Notes under the pieces: generated by a model
The model's input: the letters and a program-made list of their open reading frames with translations, nothing else
What the model was told of the DNA's origin: nothing
Database searches by the model: none
In this document: positions 1 through 9,047 of the stretch, one piece after another
How the letters are laid out: every line of letters starts with the position of its first letter
Numbering within the stretch: position 1 is the first letter of the stretch
NCBI GenBank assembly: GCA_963792535.1
Contig: CAWBWQ010000001.1
Span: 416,001-480,000 of the forward strand
From: an uncultured Phycisphaerales bacterium
Lineage (GTDB): Bacteria; Planctomycetota; Phycisphaerae; Tepidisphaerales; Tepidisphaeraceae
DNA length: 64,000 nucleotides
Reading direction: 5' to 3'
Translations under genes and position numbers: made by a program

Positions 1-45
1 TTTCTTGTAGTCCAAAAGCAGCAGAGCAGACCCGGGGCGGGATAA
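1..45 (+). CDS. 3' end of an upstream gene cassette ORF (partial)
   Basis: Open frame FLVVQKQQSRPGAG* whose TAA (43-45) lies inside the attC inverse core, as is typical of cassettes. Confidence 0.45.
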   Translation, partial: FLVVQKQQSRPGAG

Positions 46-149
46 CGAGCCAATGCTGTGGACGGCCCCGCGTCGCGTCGAAAGTTTGTCTTTGGTATAG
101 TGTTCCTCGGCGCGTCACGTTGGCCGCCGCAGATTGTCATCCGTTATAC
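40..149 (+). repeat. attC recombination site 1 (intact)
   Basis: GGATAAC ... GTTATAC ends; imperfect palindrome (caatGctgtggAcggcc vs ggccgccgcagattg) with two unpaired bases; highly similar to 3386-3482 and 3795-3903. Confidence 0.85.
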
Positions 150-160
150 GGCCGCGAACC

Positions 161-562
161 GTGACCGCCCCTAACACAAGCATCGCCAATCACCTCCGCG
201 AACTCAACTGTAACGCGGCCCATCTGAATTCATTATGCCGCCGACGATGGTTCGCGATACCCTACTACGAATGTATGTCAGGCGGGCTTGTCTGGCCTGA
301 TGAAACAAATGCTCGGACACCTGTACACACTATTTGGTTCCTTCGAGCACTCTGGGGTTTCCGTACATCAATTATGCTTGGAGAGCCTCGATCCGATCTA
401 AAAGCGTCTTGGGATTTTGGCTTGTTGGAGTTTCCAAAATGGGTCGGCTTTCATCAGTCCCGTCGCGTAGCGACCCCGCAACTGATAGAAATCTACCGGC
501 GGGGTGATCTGGGTCTACGCAAGTGTTTGCGGGACGTAGAGCGTAACGGGGCCGACGTATGA
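161..562 (+). CDS. cassette-encoded hypothetical protein
   Basis: ORF fills the space between attC1 and the left half of attC2; stop TGA lies in the GTATGAC inverse core; start (GTG 161) uncertain. Confidence 0.65.
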   Translation: MTAPNTSIANHLRELNCNAAHLNSLCRRRWFAIPYYECMSGGLVWPDETNARTPVHTIWFLRALWGFRTSIMLGEPRSDLKASWDFGLLEFPKWVGFHQSRRVATPQLIEIYRRGDLGLRKCLRDVERNGADV

Positions 563-569
563 CCAGCCA
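557..569 (+). repeat. attC2 left fragment (split by IS110/IS1111 element)
   Basis: GTATGACCAGCCA aligns with ATAACCAGCCG/ATAACGAGCCA of the intact attCs; remainder resumes at 3386. Confidence 0.75.
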
Positions 570-682
570 ACTATGAATCCCGTTTGCCGTCAAGTCGCGA
601 TCTTTTTCGATACCGTCTCCGGTCATCGCCCGGAGCGACTGATTTACTTCCTTTGAAGCTGTCTTTGCCTTTTCTTCGAATC

Positions 683-827
683 GTGCGCTTTCAACCGACT
701 ATTCGATGGTCATCTCATTTTTGTTCTTGATGAGAGCCTCATTCACCCAAACAACCGCCGGGCCTTATTCGTTGCTCCACATGTCAATCGCATGCAGCTG
801 GTTAGCCAAGGTCACCGGCGTGTCGCA
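683..827 (-). ncRNA. candidate bridge/seekRNA of the IS1111-like element
   Basis: Non-coding region 3' of the transposase, conserved with 4346-4519; covarying stems; loop segments match the attC target and the IS end. Confidence 0.7.
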
Positions 828-1985
828 CAAACTTCGACTTCATGGGCAAAGCAACAGATTGTTTTGCTGCTGTCGCTAGCCTGTTACTGCTGCTGGGCAG
901 CGGAATGGCTGATTGCTCTTGAGCATGCCCCACAGAATGATCAGCACCTTCTTAGCCAGTGCAACAATCGCCAGCTTCCGTCTGGCTTTGGAGCCGTGAC
1001 TGATCTTGTTCACAAACACCTGGGCCCACAGGTTGTGCCGATAGATGGTCCACGATGCCTCAACCAACATCGAACGCAGCAGGCCTGGGCCGCGGTGGGT
1101 GATGTGGCCTAATCGGTTCATCTCTCCGCTCTGCATTTGTTTGGGAACCAGGCCGGCGTAGCTGGCCAGCTGCTCACCGTTCTTGAAGCGTTTGGGATTA
1201 TCGATGTAGAGCACGACTGCTTCAGCGGTGCGCGGGCCTACGCCTTTGAGCGTCTGCAACAGCTTCATGCGTGGGTCCGCCATTTCATCCAGCTTGTTGT
1301 CCAGGGCTTTGAGCTGGGTGTTGATAGAAGCCATCAGCAGTAGTTCGCTGTTCAATCGGCCTTGCCACAGATCATCGATGGAGCAATCCTCGATTGGCTG
1401 AGCGTGAGATTGAAGTTGAGCGATGCCGGCGACCGTCCACTGCTTTTGCCCTCTGGCTAATGCGATCCCCTGTTGGCTGAAGATGGATCGAATCGCGTTG
1501 CGGCACTGCGTTCGCCGCGACACGATCGAGCGGCGGTGAATCATCAATCGCCGACGCTGCCGCTGCTGTGGATCGGGCAGATGCACCGTGGGCAACTGAT
1601 CCAACAATGCCAGTCGTGCCAGTTTGAGCGCATCATCCTGGTCGGTTTTGCGTTTGACTCGCTGCCAGCGCCAGCGTTCATCGTTGGCGTTGACGATCAC
1701 GATCGCCACGCCCAGGTTAACGATCGAGTCATGCACCCAGCCGCAAGTATCGCAGGTCTCAAAAACAACTTGAGTCCGGGTCGGATCGATCGACACGTGC
1801 TGCTTAACAGTCGCGCCGATCGCGTGTCGCGTAGAGTCGATGGTGGTAAACCGATGCGTTCGCGTTGCCACATCCATGACGCACAAAACCGACTTGAACT
1901 TGCCCAGATCAATAGCTGTCCTGGTCCCCTAAACTGGTGCCAGTAGGGTGTATAAACTTCCGATCCGGAAAGGATCAGGAAGTCG

Positions 1986-2249
1986 ATGAAAAAGCGATTT
2001 ACGGACGAGCAGATTGTTGGGTTTCTCCGGCAGGTTGAAGCGGAGGAAAAAACGATCGCGGAGGTTTGCCGGGAGGGCGGGTTTTCGCAGCCGACATATT
2101 ACCAGTGGAAGAAGAAGCTGGGGTCGATGGCTGAGCCGGAGGTGAAGCGGCTGCGGGAGTTGGAGAAAGAAAATGGCCGATTGAAGCGATTGCTTGCTGA
2201 GCGTGATCTGGAGTTGGATGTGGTGAAGGAGTACCTGCAAAAAAAGTAG
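1986..2249 (+). CDS. IS3 transposase OrfA (HTH)
   Basis: MKKRFTDEQIVGFL..TYYQWKKK; ends in an AAAAAAAG slippery site for -1 frameshift. Confidence 0.92.
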   Translation: MKKRFTDEQIVGFLRQVEAEEKTIAEVCREGGFSQPTYYQWKKKLGSMAEPEVKRLRELEKENGRLKRLLAERDLELDVVKEYLQKK

Positions 2250-2278
2250 TTGATACGGCTGAGCGACGATCGGCGGCG

Positions 2279-3157
2279 GTGTTTCTGGTGTCGCGGAAGG
2301 TATCAGTTCGGCGAGCTTGCTGGTGGCTTGGCGTGGGCCGGAACTGGCTGAAATATCTGAGTCGGAGGAAGGAGGATGGTCTGGCTGATCGGTTGATGGA
2401 GTTGGCGAAAGAGCATCCGCGGTATGGAGCCAGGCGGTTGTGGGCGTTGCTGCGACGCGAGGGATTGAAGGTGAATTTCAAGCGGATCAGACGACTGTGC
2501 CGCAAGCACGGGCTGATGCTCAAGCAGAAGCGGCGACGTAAGCGACGTGGGATCGGCATTGGAGTGATTTGCAGCGCAAGTCGGCCGAACCAGGTCTGGG
2601 CTTATGATTTTGTGGAGGATCGGACCGAATCGGGACAGAAGCTGAGAGTCCTGACGGTGATCGATGAGTTCACGCGGGAGTGCGTGGCGGTGGAGACGGA
2701 ATACCGGATGAACGCGAAGTACGTGGCCCAGACGTTGTTGAGATTGTTCAAAAGCCGCGGTGTGCCGGAGCATGTGCGAAGCGACAATGGTCCTGAGTTT
2801 ATTGCCAAGCATCTGATGCGAACGCTTGCCGGCGTGGGTGTGAATGTTAGGCACATCGAGCCGGGCAGCCCGTGGCAAAATGGATTGGACGAACGATTCA
2901 ATGGGAGCCTAAGAGATGAATGCCTGAACATGGAGACGTTCACGAATGTCGACCAGGCCCGAGCGATCATTAAGCTGTATGGCCGGCACTACAACACGGA
3001 CAGGCCCCACAGCAGCCTGGGTTACAAAACGCCCGAGGAGTTTGGTAATGATTGGACGAACTCGAGCGGAAGAAAATGCGAGGTCCGCGAGTACGCGGAC
3101 GGGTGTGAGGCTCCCCTCCGGAAGACACCGTTACAGGAAATGGCCGTTGTCTTCTGA
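2279..3157 (+). CDS. IS3 transposase OrfB (DDE integrase core)
   Basis: WAYDF, RSDNGPEF, PGSPWQNG..ERFNGSLRDE, RPHSSLGY; -1 frame relative to OrfA. Confidence 0.95.
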   Translation: MFLVSRKVSVRRACWWLGVGRNWLKYLSRRKEDGLADRLMELAKEHPRYGARRLWALLRREGLKVNFKRIRRLCRKHGLMLKQKRRRKRRGIGIGVICSASRPNQVWAYDFVEDRTESGQKLRVLTVIDEFTRECVAVETEYRMNAKYVAQTLLRLFKSRGVPEHVRSDNGPEFIAKHLMRTLAGVGVNVRHIEPGSPWQNGLDERFNGSLRDECLNMETFTNVDQARAIIKLYGRHYNTDRPHSSLGYKTPEEFGNDWTNSSGRKCEVREYADGCEAPLRKTPLQEMAVVF

Positions 3158-3385
3158 GGGTTGGGTCCCCCGCGGATCGAGCGTCATGAACCGAAACACA
3201 CACGAGCCGCCGAGCGTTTCGGCGGCTCCAAACAACGCCATCAAGGATCGAGAATTATACACATTCGCGTGGCACCAAGATCGGGGTCTGGACATAGCCA
3301 CAATAGTCTGATAGCTCATGCAATCTCCTTTGGTAGAGGACCGCTGCTGATCTTCCCCGATCAGCGGCGGGATTGCATGGGTTCT

Positions 3386-3482
3386 TTGCTGTGGACGGGC
3401 CCGCGTCGCGTCGAAAGTTTGTCTTCGGTATAATGTTCTTCGGCGCGTCGCGTTGGCCGCCACAGATTGTCATCCGTTATAC
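3386..3482 (+). repeat. attC2 right portion
   Basis: Near-identical to attC1 53-149; ends GTTATAC. Confidence 0.85.
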
Positions 3483-3486
3483 CGCC

Positions 3487-3777
3487 ATGAGCGAACTTAT
3501 CATCCCACCCACTGCCGCCTCAGACCCGACCGCCGTCGAAATGCCCCGCGTTTGGCATGCCAGCGGCGAGCACCACGTATCACTCAATGCCCCCGGCTGG
3601 AAAGACCCCGCCGCGTGGGGACTGCTTTTGGTCGACGTCGCGAAACACGTCGCCGACGCATACGCACAAGCGGAGGGCCGCGACCGTCAGGAAGTGCTCA
3701 ATCGCATCAAAGCCGGCTTTGATGCAGAATGGAAATCGGCCACGGACAAGCCCAAAGGCGGTTTCTTCCGTCGCTAG
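3487..3777 (+). CDS. cassette-encoded DUF5076-like protein
   Basis: ELIIPP..DPTAVE..RVW..HVSL..WKDPAAWGLLLVDVAKHVADAYA pattern recalled for DUF5076; ATG 5 nt after attC core. Confidence 0.75.
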   Translation: MSELIIPPTAASDPTAVEMPRVWHASGEHHVSLNAPGWKDPAAWGLLLVDVAKHVADAYAQAEGRDRQEVLNRIKAGFDAEWKSATDKPKGGFFRR

Positions 3778-3794
3778 CCGCGGTCTGGAAGGCG

Positions 3795-3903
3795 CTATAA
3801 CCAGCCGTTGCCGTGGACGGGCCCGCGTCGCGAATATATTCTCTTTTAGTCGGGCGGTTGTCAGCGCGTCGCGTTGCCCGCCACAAAACGTCATCCGTTA
3901 AAC
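3795..3903 (+). repeat. attC site 3 (intact)
   Basis: CTATAAC ... GTTAAAC ends, same arms as attC1/2. Confidence 0.85.
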
Positions 3904-3922
3904 AGCATCCGGCGGACCGGTC

Positions 3923-4183
3923 ATGCGACAAGTTCCACGGGCAGAGGTTGACAAGAAGTTCGAACGCTGGTCGGCGTACCTTTGCGCCTTCGTCTTAAGC
4001 GGCATGTTGATCGGTGCATGCGTGCGCGTGCTTCTTGCAGCACCACCAACCACAGCATGGCCGGTATTCGTGGGCGGTGTGTTGCTTGATGCATTTGCAA
4101 TTTGGAACGCTCTTCGTCTTTGGCGCACTGTTCACCGCGCCGATGTTGTTCGAAGCCGCAGCGGCTCGGAGGATGCTGTATAA
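3923..4183 (+). CDS. cassette-encoded small membrane protein (2 TM)
   Basis: Two hydrophobic stretches; TAA stop inside the GTATAAC inverse core. Confidence 0.65.
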   Translation: MRQVPRAEVDKKFERWSAYLCAFVLSGMLIGACVRVLLAAPPTTAWPVFVGGVLLDAFAIWNALRLWRTVHRADVVRSRSGSEDAV

Positions 4184-4190
4184 CCAGCCG
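4178..4190 (+). repeat. attC4 left fragment
   Basis: GTATAACCAGCCG followed immediately by the IS end ACTATGAATCCCG; right half not found. Confidence 0.7.
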
Positions 4191-4519
4191 ACTATGAATC
4201 CCGTTTGCCGTCAAGCGTAAATTGGTGCGCAATCTTTATCATGTCTCTTTTTCTCTAACGCCACTCAGGCGGAAGAGGCTTACGAGGCGGGGGGCTGGGG
4301 GCAGAGCCACCAGTTGCGAAGCAAATCTGCTGCTGGTCGAGAGCCGTGCGCTTCAACCGACCCTTCGGCTACGCTCGGGGCAGGCTATTCGATGGTCATC
4401 CTGAAGCTTTCGGTTCTGCTTCAAGAGCCTCATTCACCCAAACAACCACCGGGCCTTATTCGATGCTCCGTGACTCTGTTCGGTCACAGCTGGTTAGCCA
4501 ACGTCACCGGCGTGTCGCA
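4191..4519 (-). mobile_element. transposase-less remnant of a second IS1111-like element (right end plus candidate bridge RNA)
   Basis: First 25 nt identical to 570-594; blocks at 4346-4519 homologous to 683-827; no transposase follows. Confidence 0.8.
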
Positions 4520-4529
4520 AAAGGAAAAC

Positions 4530-4569
4530 CGGGACAGGCAGCTATTCAGCTAAGTAGGTGGCTGTCCCG
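4530..4569. repeat. REP-like palindrome
   Basis: CGGGACAGGCAGCTA-N10-TAGGTGGCTGTCCCG, 13/15 inverted match. Confidence 0.55.
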
Positions 4570-4622
4570 CTTTTGTGTTCCCCCGTTTATGCTTTCCATC
4601 ACTATGTGCAAAGTTCAGGGCG

Positions 4623-5074
4623 CTAGTCAATCCAGAATGCGCAAGGATTATTCAGAACCGCAGTCCACCATAAGAACAAGCTCACGGTCAGCCAGATTGC
4701 TGCGATTGTGAGGCCCGCTACCGCATAGCGAAGATCGTTCGTTACGTCCTCGAGATAAGGATTTGTGAAGCGCGTCGACCGAAATAAAGTGAGCCGAGCG
4801 TTGGCATATCCATCACCACATAGAGCAGAGAATCCCGGGTCTTTTGAACCGGAAGGCCCTGCAAGCACGCGTAAGCTACCACGGCGAAAAGTGCCACCCA
4901 AAATAGTGAAAACACTGAAAGCCAAAAAGAGCATTTTCCTTATTGGATCATATCTTAACCAAACCCTCGAACCGCGAGGCAGCACTTGAATTTGAGTTCA
5001 GTAAAACCGGTGATCTGGCTGATGCGGACATTCGGTTCAAGCGGTTGTAACCGAGGCGCGGCTAAAACTGTCAT
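4623..5074 (-). CDS. possible small membrane protein, frameshifted or degraded
   Basis: Hydrophobic segments in different minus frames; no recognisable family. Confidence 0.25.
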
Positions 5075-5445
5075 GGTGGCTTCTGTTTTGAGGAGCTATT
5101 GTGCCCTGCCACGGACGCTATCAGGCTCGTCTTCAGCGGCTGGGATTGAGGAATTACCCTATGCAAGTAATGTATCGCATACGAGTTACGGGCGAAAATG
5201 GGTGTAACATCAGTTTGTTTCGCGTCAATCGGGGCCTTAATTTCGTGTAACGAGTGATGAAAACCGCGCAATCTTTTAGAGATCAGCCATTTAGGATCAT
5301 CACGTGTGGTGAATTAAGCGGCGCACATGCGCAGGGAGCGAAGCGTGGGGGAGGGAAACACGAGTCGGTGAGAACTCCATCGACACGGAACCGAATCCGG
5401 TGATAATCCTTCCGACCGCGCAGAATAAAATCGAGGATTTGGATC

Positions 5446-8400
5446 ATGGACGTGAAAATAAGGTTGGGGTTGACGCCGGATGGAGACCCGATTTCCGCCC
5501 ATGATCGCGAGCAGCGGTTGCGGCAAGTGAACCTGCAACTGGTCGCGAGCGGACTTCCGGTTGCCACCAATGGGGATGGTGATTTTTCGGTCGTTGCAGG
5601 TTCGGTGATGGAAAGCTTCCGGCCCGGGCCCGGATGTTCAGTGAGATGCGCTGCCCGATCGACGCGCGCATCGAAGCGTTTCTGCAGGATCATTTTCATG
5701 ACCTGCATCTGCCCTTTAAGCTCGAGCTTCCGGATCGAAGTGTCATTCTGGGGCAGCATGGCATTGCCCGCGAGTTGTCCCTGCCGGTCGACAAGAATAA
5801 ATACACGAATTCGCTGCTGACTTCCTATCGGGTGCGCAACGGTGTTTTGCACAATCCCAAGAGCGATCGCCGCACCACGCAGGGCACGTTTCATGTGACC
5901 GACGGAGGGGATCTGCCGGTGCCTTTCGATAAGTTCGCGGTGCCGCGCAAGACATTTGCGCTATTGTTCCGCCAGGCAGTAAATCCGCCGGCGGACCTTC
6001 TGACGATTCCATTTACCGCCGGTTCACCTGAGCCGGCCCGGTCGTTTGTTTCGCTGATGCTGCGACCAAAAGTTTGCCCCGCGGTTCCGGGTGTTTGCCC
6101 CGAAAAATCGATGGAGGTGCGTTTCTTTGCTCCCGGTTCGCTGGTAAGCAATCTGGACTTTGTGGAATCTATTTTCGGCAACGGCGGTGATCCTTTCCTG
6201 CCCCAGAACGACGCGGGATTAGATGTGGAGCACTGGACCGGTCACACCGGCTGCGTCATTCTCGCGCCGCATCTGATCGAAATGACGAAAAAGGAACTCG
6301 GTCTCCCCAGGTGGGACGACGCCAGCGAACGACAGCGCGCCGATGGCATGTGCTGGAAAGATGACAGCGAGAAGTACAACGGTGGATCTCCCTTTAAACT
6401 GACCTGCCGAACGCAGCAGGGGGTCATCATTACACTGCTGGCCGACAATTATTACGGCTACTGCAAAAAGGAAGTGAAAACGCAGATTAGCTTTGCGGCT
6501 AATTTATACGGCAATGTCGAGGAAGAACACGCCGGCGGAGCGATTGCATTCACAAGCTACAACTTCGGGGACGAGTACCAGACTGACAGCCGCAAAGTAA
6601 ACGACCGGACGTTTGCCGATGTGGTTCGCGATTACGGTTCGATGATGGATGTGAAACCCGAGGGGTATGCGATCGACCGCAAGTTCCCGAATCTGATCTA
6701 TATCGCCGGCGATTCCAAAGCCAGCACGATTCGCCAGCGAATCTGGTGGATGCAGGATGGTGTCGAGCAATCGATCCCGATGCTGCCCGGCAAGATCTAC
6801 ATGACCCCGTCGGGTTTCAAGCTGCGGTTTGAAAAGCACCCGGCGCGCCAGCTGGCGCATCATCGGCACGGTGGGCACTGGCGTTTTCTGCCACAAGCCC
6901 TGCACGGTCAGCGGCGGGGGCAAAAGCGAAATCAGCAAGAGCCTGCGCGATTATATGATTTATGGCCCGATCTTCGTGTCAGATCTGCAAAAGGATCTGG
7001 ACCTGGTGCAGGAGATCATGGACAAGGATTTTTCCAGGCGATGGAATGCCAATTGCGCCAACGCGCCGTGGTACAGCAAAAGGCACAGCCGGTCGATTCT
7101 GAGCCCCGAGCGCTCGCTGGGCAGCGTGATTAAACTGCTGACCCCATCCAGTGATTACACCGATGAATACAACCAATGGCTCGAAAGCCTGCCGAACTAT
7201 ATTTATCCAATTATCTTCATCATTAAACGTTTTTATAAACCCGAATGGCAAGGCAACTGGCGTCAGCATGCCGGTGTTGACATCGTCAACGGATTTGCCG
7301 GGCACGAACTGAAATACATGGGCCGGCGATTGGTCGGAACCTACCTGCGCGTTGGCCTTATGCCTCCGCAGGCGTGGCGAACCTATAAGCTGCGCCAGGA
7401 CTTTGCCGCGGCGACCAAAATTCAGACCGAAGACGACATCACCGCTTCGGTGGTGGTGCCAGCAAGTCAGCTTTCCTATAACGATCCGGCGTATACCTCC
7501 GGTCCGGCAGCGCGGGGCAGTTTCAAATTTGCGGTTAACACCGAATATCGCCTTTTCCAGCGTCCCGATGATGCGGTGCACCGCGGGCTGGATAAACAGA
7601 CCGAAGCCGACATGTCGCGCTCGGACAATTTCATTTCAAACTTCGAACCACTTACAAAAGTTGATGCTGCTGACATGGTTCAGCGTGTGGTTGATTTCGA
7701 CAAGTTCACGCCTCCCATGCAGACGCTGATTTCGCGTGCCGCCAGCGACGGTGACGGTTACGCCGTCTGCTCGGCCAATCCCCGGTTGGTCAACGGTCAG
7801 CCCAGCAAAAACCCCCGATACCTGCAGATTCGGCCCGATCTGCTCAACCAGATGAGCCTCCATGTCGCCGATCAGGGACTGCGATTCCTGCGTGCCCTTC
7901 CTGTGGACCAACCTGTCTACTGGCCGGTGCATGCGGTTCTGGTCGGCCGGCGGAATAACCCGGCCGAACCCGCTGCCAACATCCGCGCACTGGCGGTTTA
8001 CAATCCGATTCATTACCAGGAACTGCCCGAGCTGTTCATGGATTTCATCAGTTCACTCACCGGCAAAAGCCCGTCGACCACCGGTGCCGGCAGCGAAGGG
8101 CGCTGACAAAAAGCCCTTTCAATGCGCTGCGTCCCACCGCTGATCTGAACAACGCGTTAGTCAGCTATATTTTGACCGGACTGGGTGGTTTCTCAACCGC
8201 CGCCGGTTACATCGGGCCGAACGTTCGAATCGACCATGACATCAGCCTACTCGTGCCCGAAATCTGGTGTCGACTTACCCCGCAGGAACGCGATCCCGGG
8301 TTCCTGATTGCCGGTGGTTATCTGGAAAAAATGGACGATTTCGAGCACGGCGGCAGGCTTATACCTGCAAGTCGGCTCGGCTATCGCATCACCACTAATT

Positions 8401-8927
8401 TTGTGCGCACATTCTTCGGTCGCGTGTTTGATAATCCCAGCAAAGTGTTCGATGAGGCAATCCTCAAGCCCGAAACTCAGGACTACGAACAATATGTGGA
8501 TGGCATTTTAAACATCACCGAAGCCCATCAGCGCGTCGCAGCCGAGTATCTCAAGGATGGATCGATCGCCGATGCCTGCCCCCCGCTGGAAGCATTGCTG
8601 ACCATCATGGCCAATGGCGATTTTCGCGGGATGGATGCCCGCCATCCCGAGATCCGCAAAATGTTCACCAGGGAAGCGTTGCTCAGCAGCGATTGGTATC
8701 GCAAACGACTGAAGAAAAAACAGATCGGCGATGTGGCGCTGTGGAAACGGCACGTGAGCGCGCTGGAAAATTTCATGTCCAACCCCCGCAACCACGACGA
8801 ATGCGAAAAACTCCGCTTGACCGAGCGGCGGGACCTTGCAGCCAGGGAACTGCAGCGCGCGGCACAACCGCAATACCTGGAAGATCTGGTCGGAACGCTG
8901 GGAACAGACCTGCTTGGAGCGCACTGA
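5446..8927 (+). CDS. pyrophosphate-dependent PEP carboxykinase (PPi-PEPCK), split by about 3 indels
   Basis: [74 protein letters not shown]; about 1150 aa when joined (shifts near 5630, 6840, 8100). Confidence 0.85.
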
Positions 8928-9047
8928 CCGGGCGTGTTCTGTAGTTTGAGATAATAGCGCCGGCGTATACCTCGTGAGGCGCGACGGGTAAGTCGCGCAC
9001 GGGAAAAACTGAAGCGGTCAGTCTCCGGCAGGAGCCCCGGCGACTAT

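Larger units (their letters stand above)
1917..3294 (+). mobile_element. IS3 family element, copy 1 (1378 bp)
   Basis: TG..CA ends with IRs TGTCCTGGTCCCC / CGGGGTCTGGACA; 4-bp TSD TAGC (1913-1916, 3295-3298). Confidence 0.95.
876..3319 (-). pseudogene. IS110 family DEDD transposase/recombinase, disrupted by IS3 after codon 8
   Basis: Rejoined N-terminus MSYQTIVAIDLGKFKS (3319-3299 + 1916-876); motifs VFETC, KTDQDDA, GVGPRTA, YAGLVP..QSG; RBS AAGGAG. Confidence 0.9.
570..3385 (-). mobile_element. IS110 family (IS1111 group) element inserted in attC2, itself interrupted by an IS3
   Basis: Sub-terminal IRs ATGAATCCCG (573-582) and ATGCAATCCCG (minus, 3378-3368), 3 and 7 nt from the ends; no TSD; removing it restores attC; about 1434 bp without the nested IS3. 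Confidence 0.85.

Noticed and set aside
876..1886. 336-aa ORF as an intact IS110 transposase
   Set aside because: Lacks the first catalytic Asp region (AIDLGK) and the true start, which the IS3 separated.
40..3903. Repeated ~110-bp units as a CRISPR array
   Set aside because: Units are too long, separated by whole ORFs and have attC cores; no cas genes.
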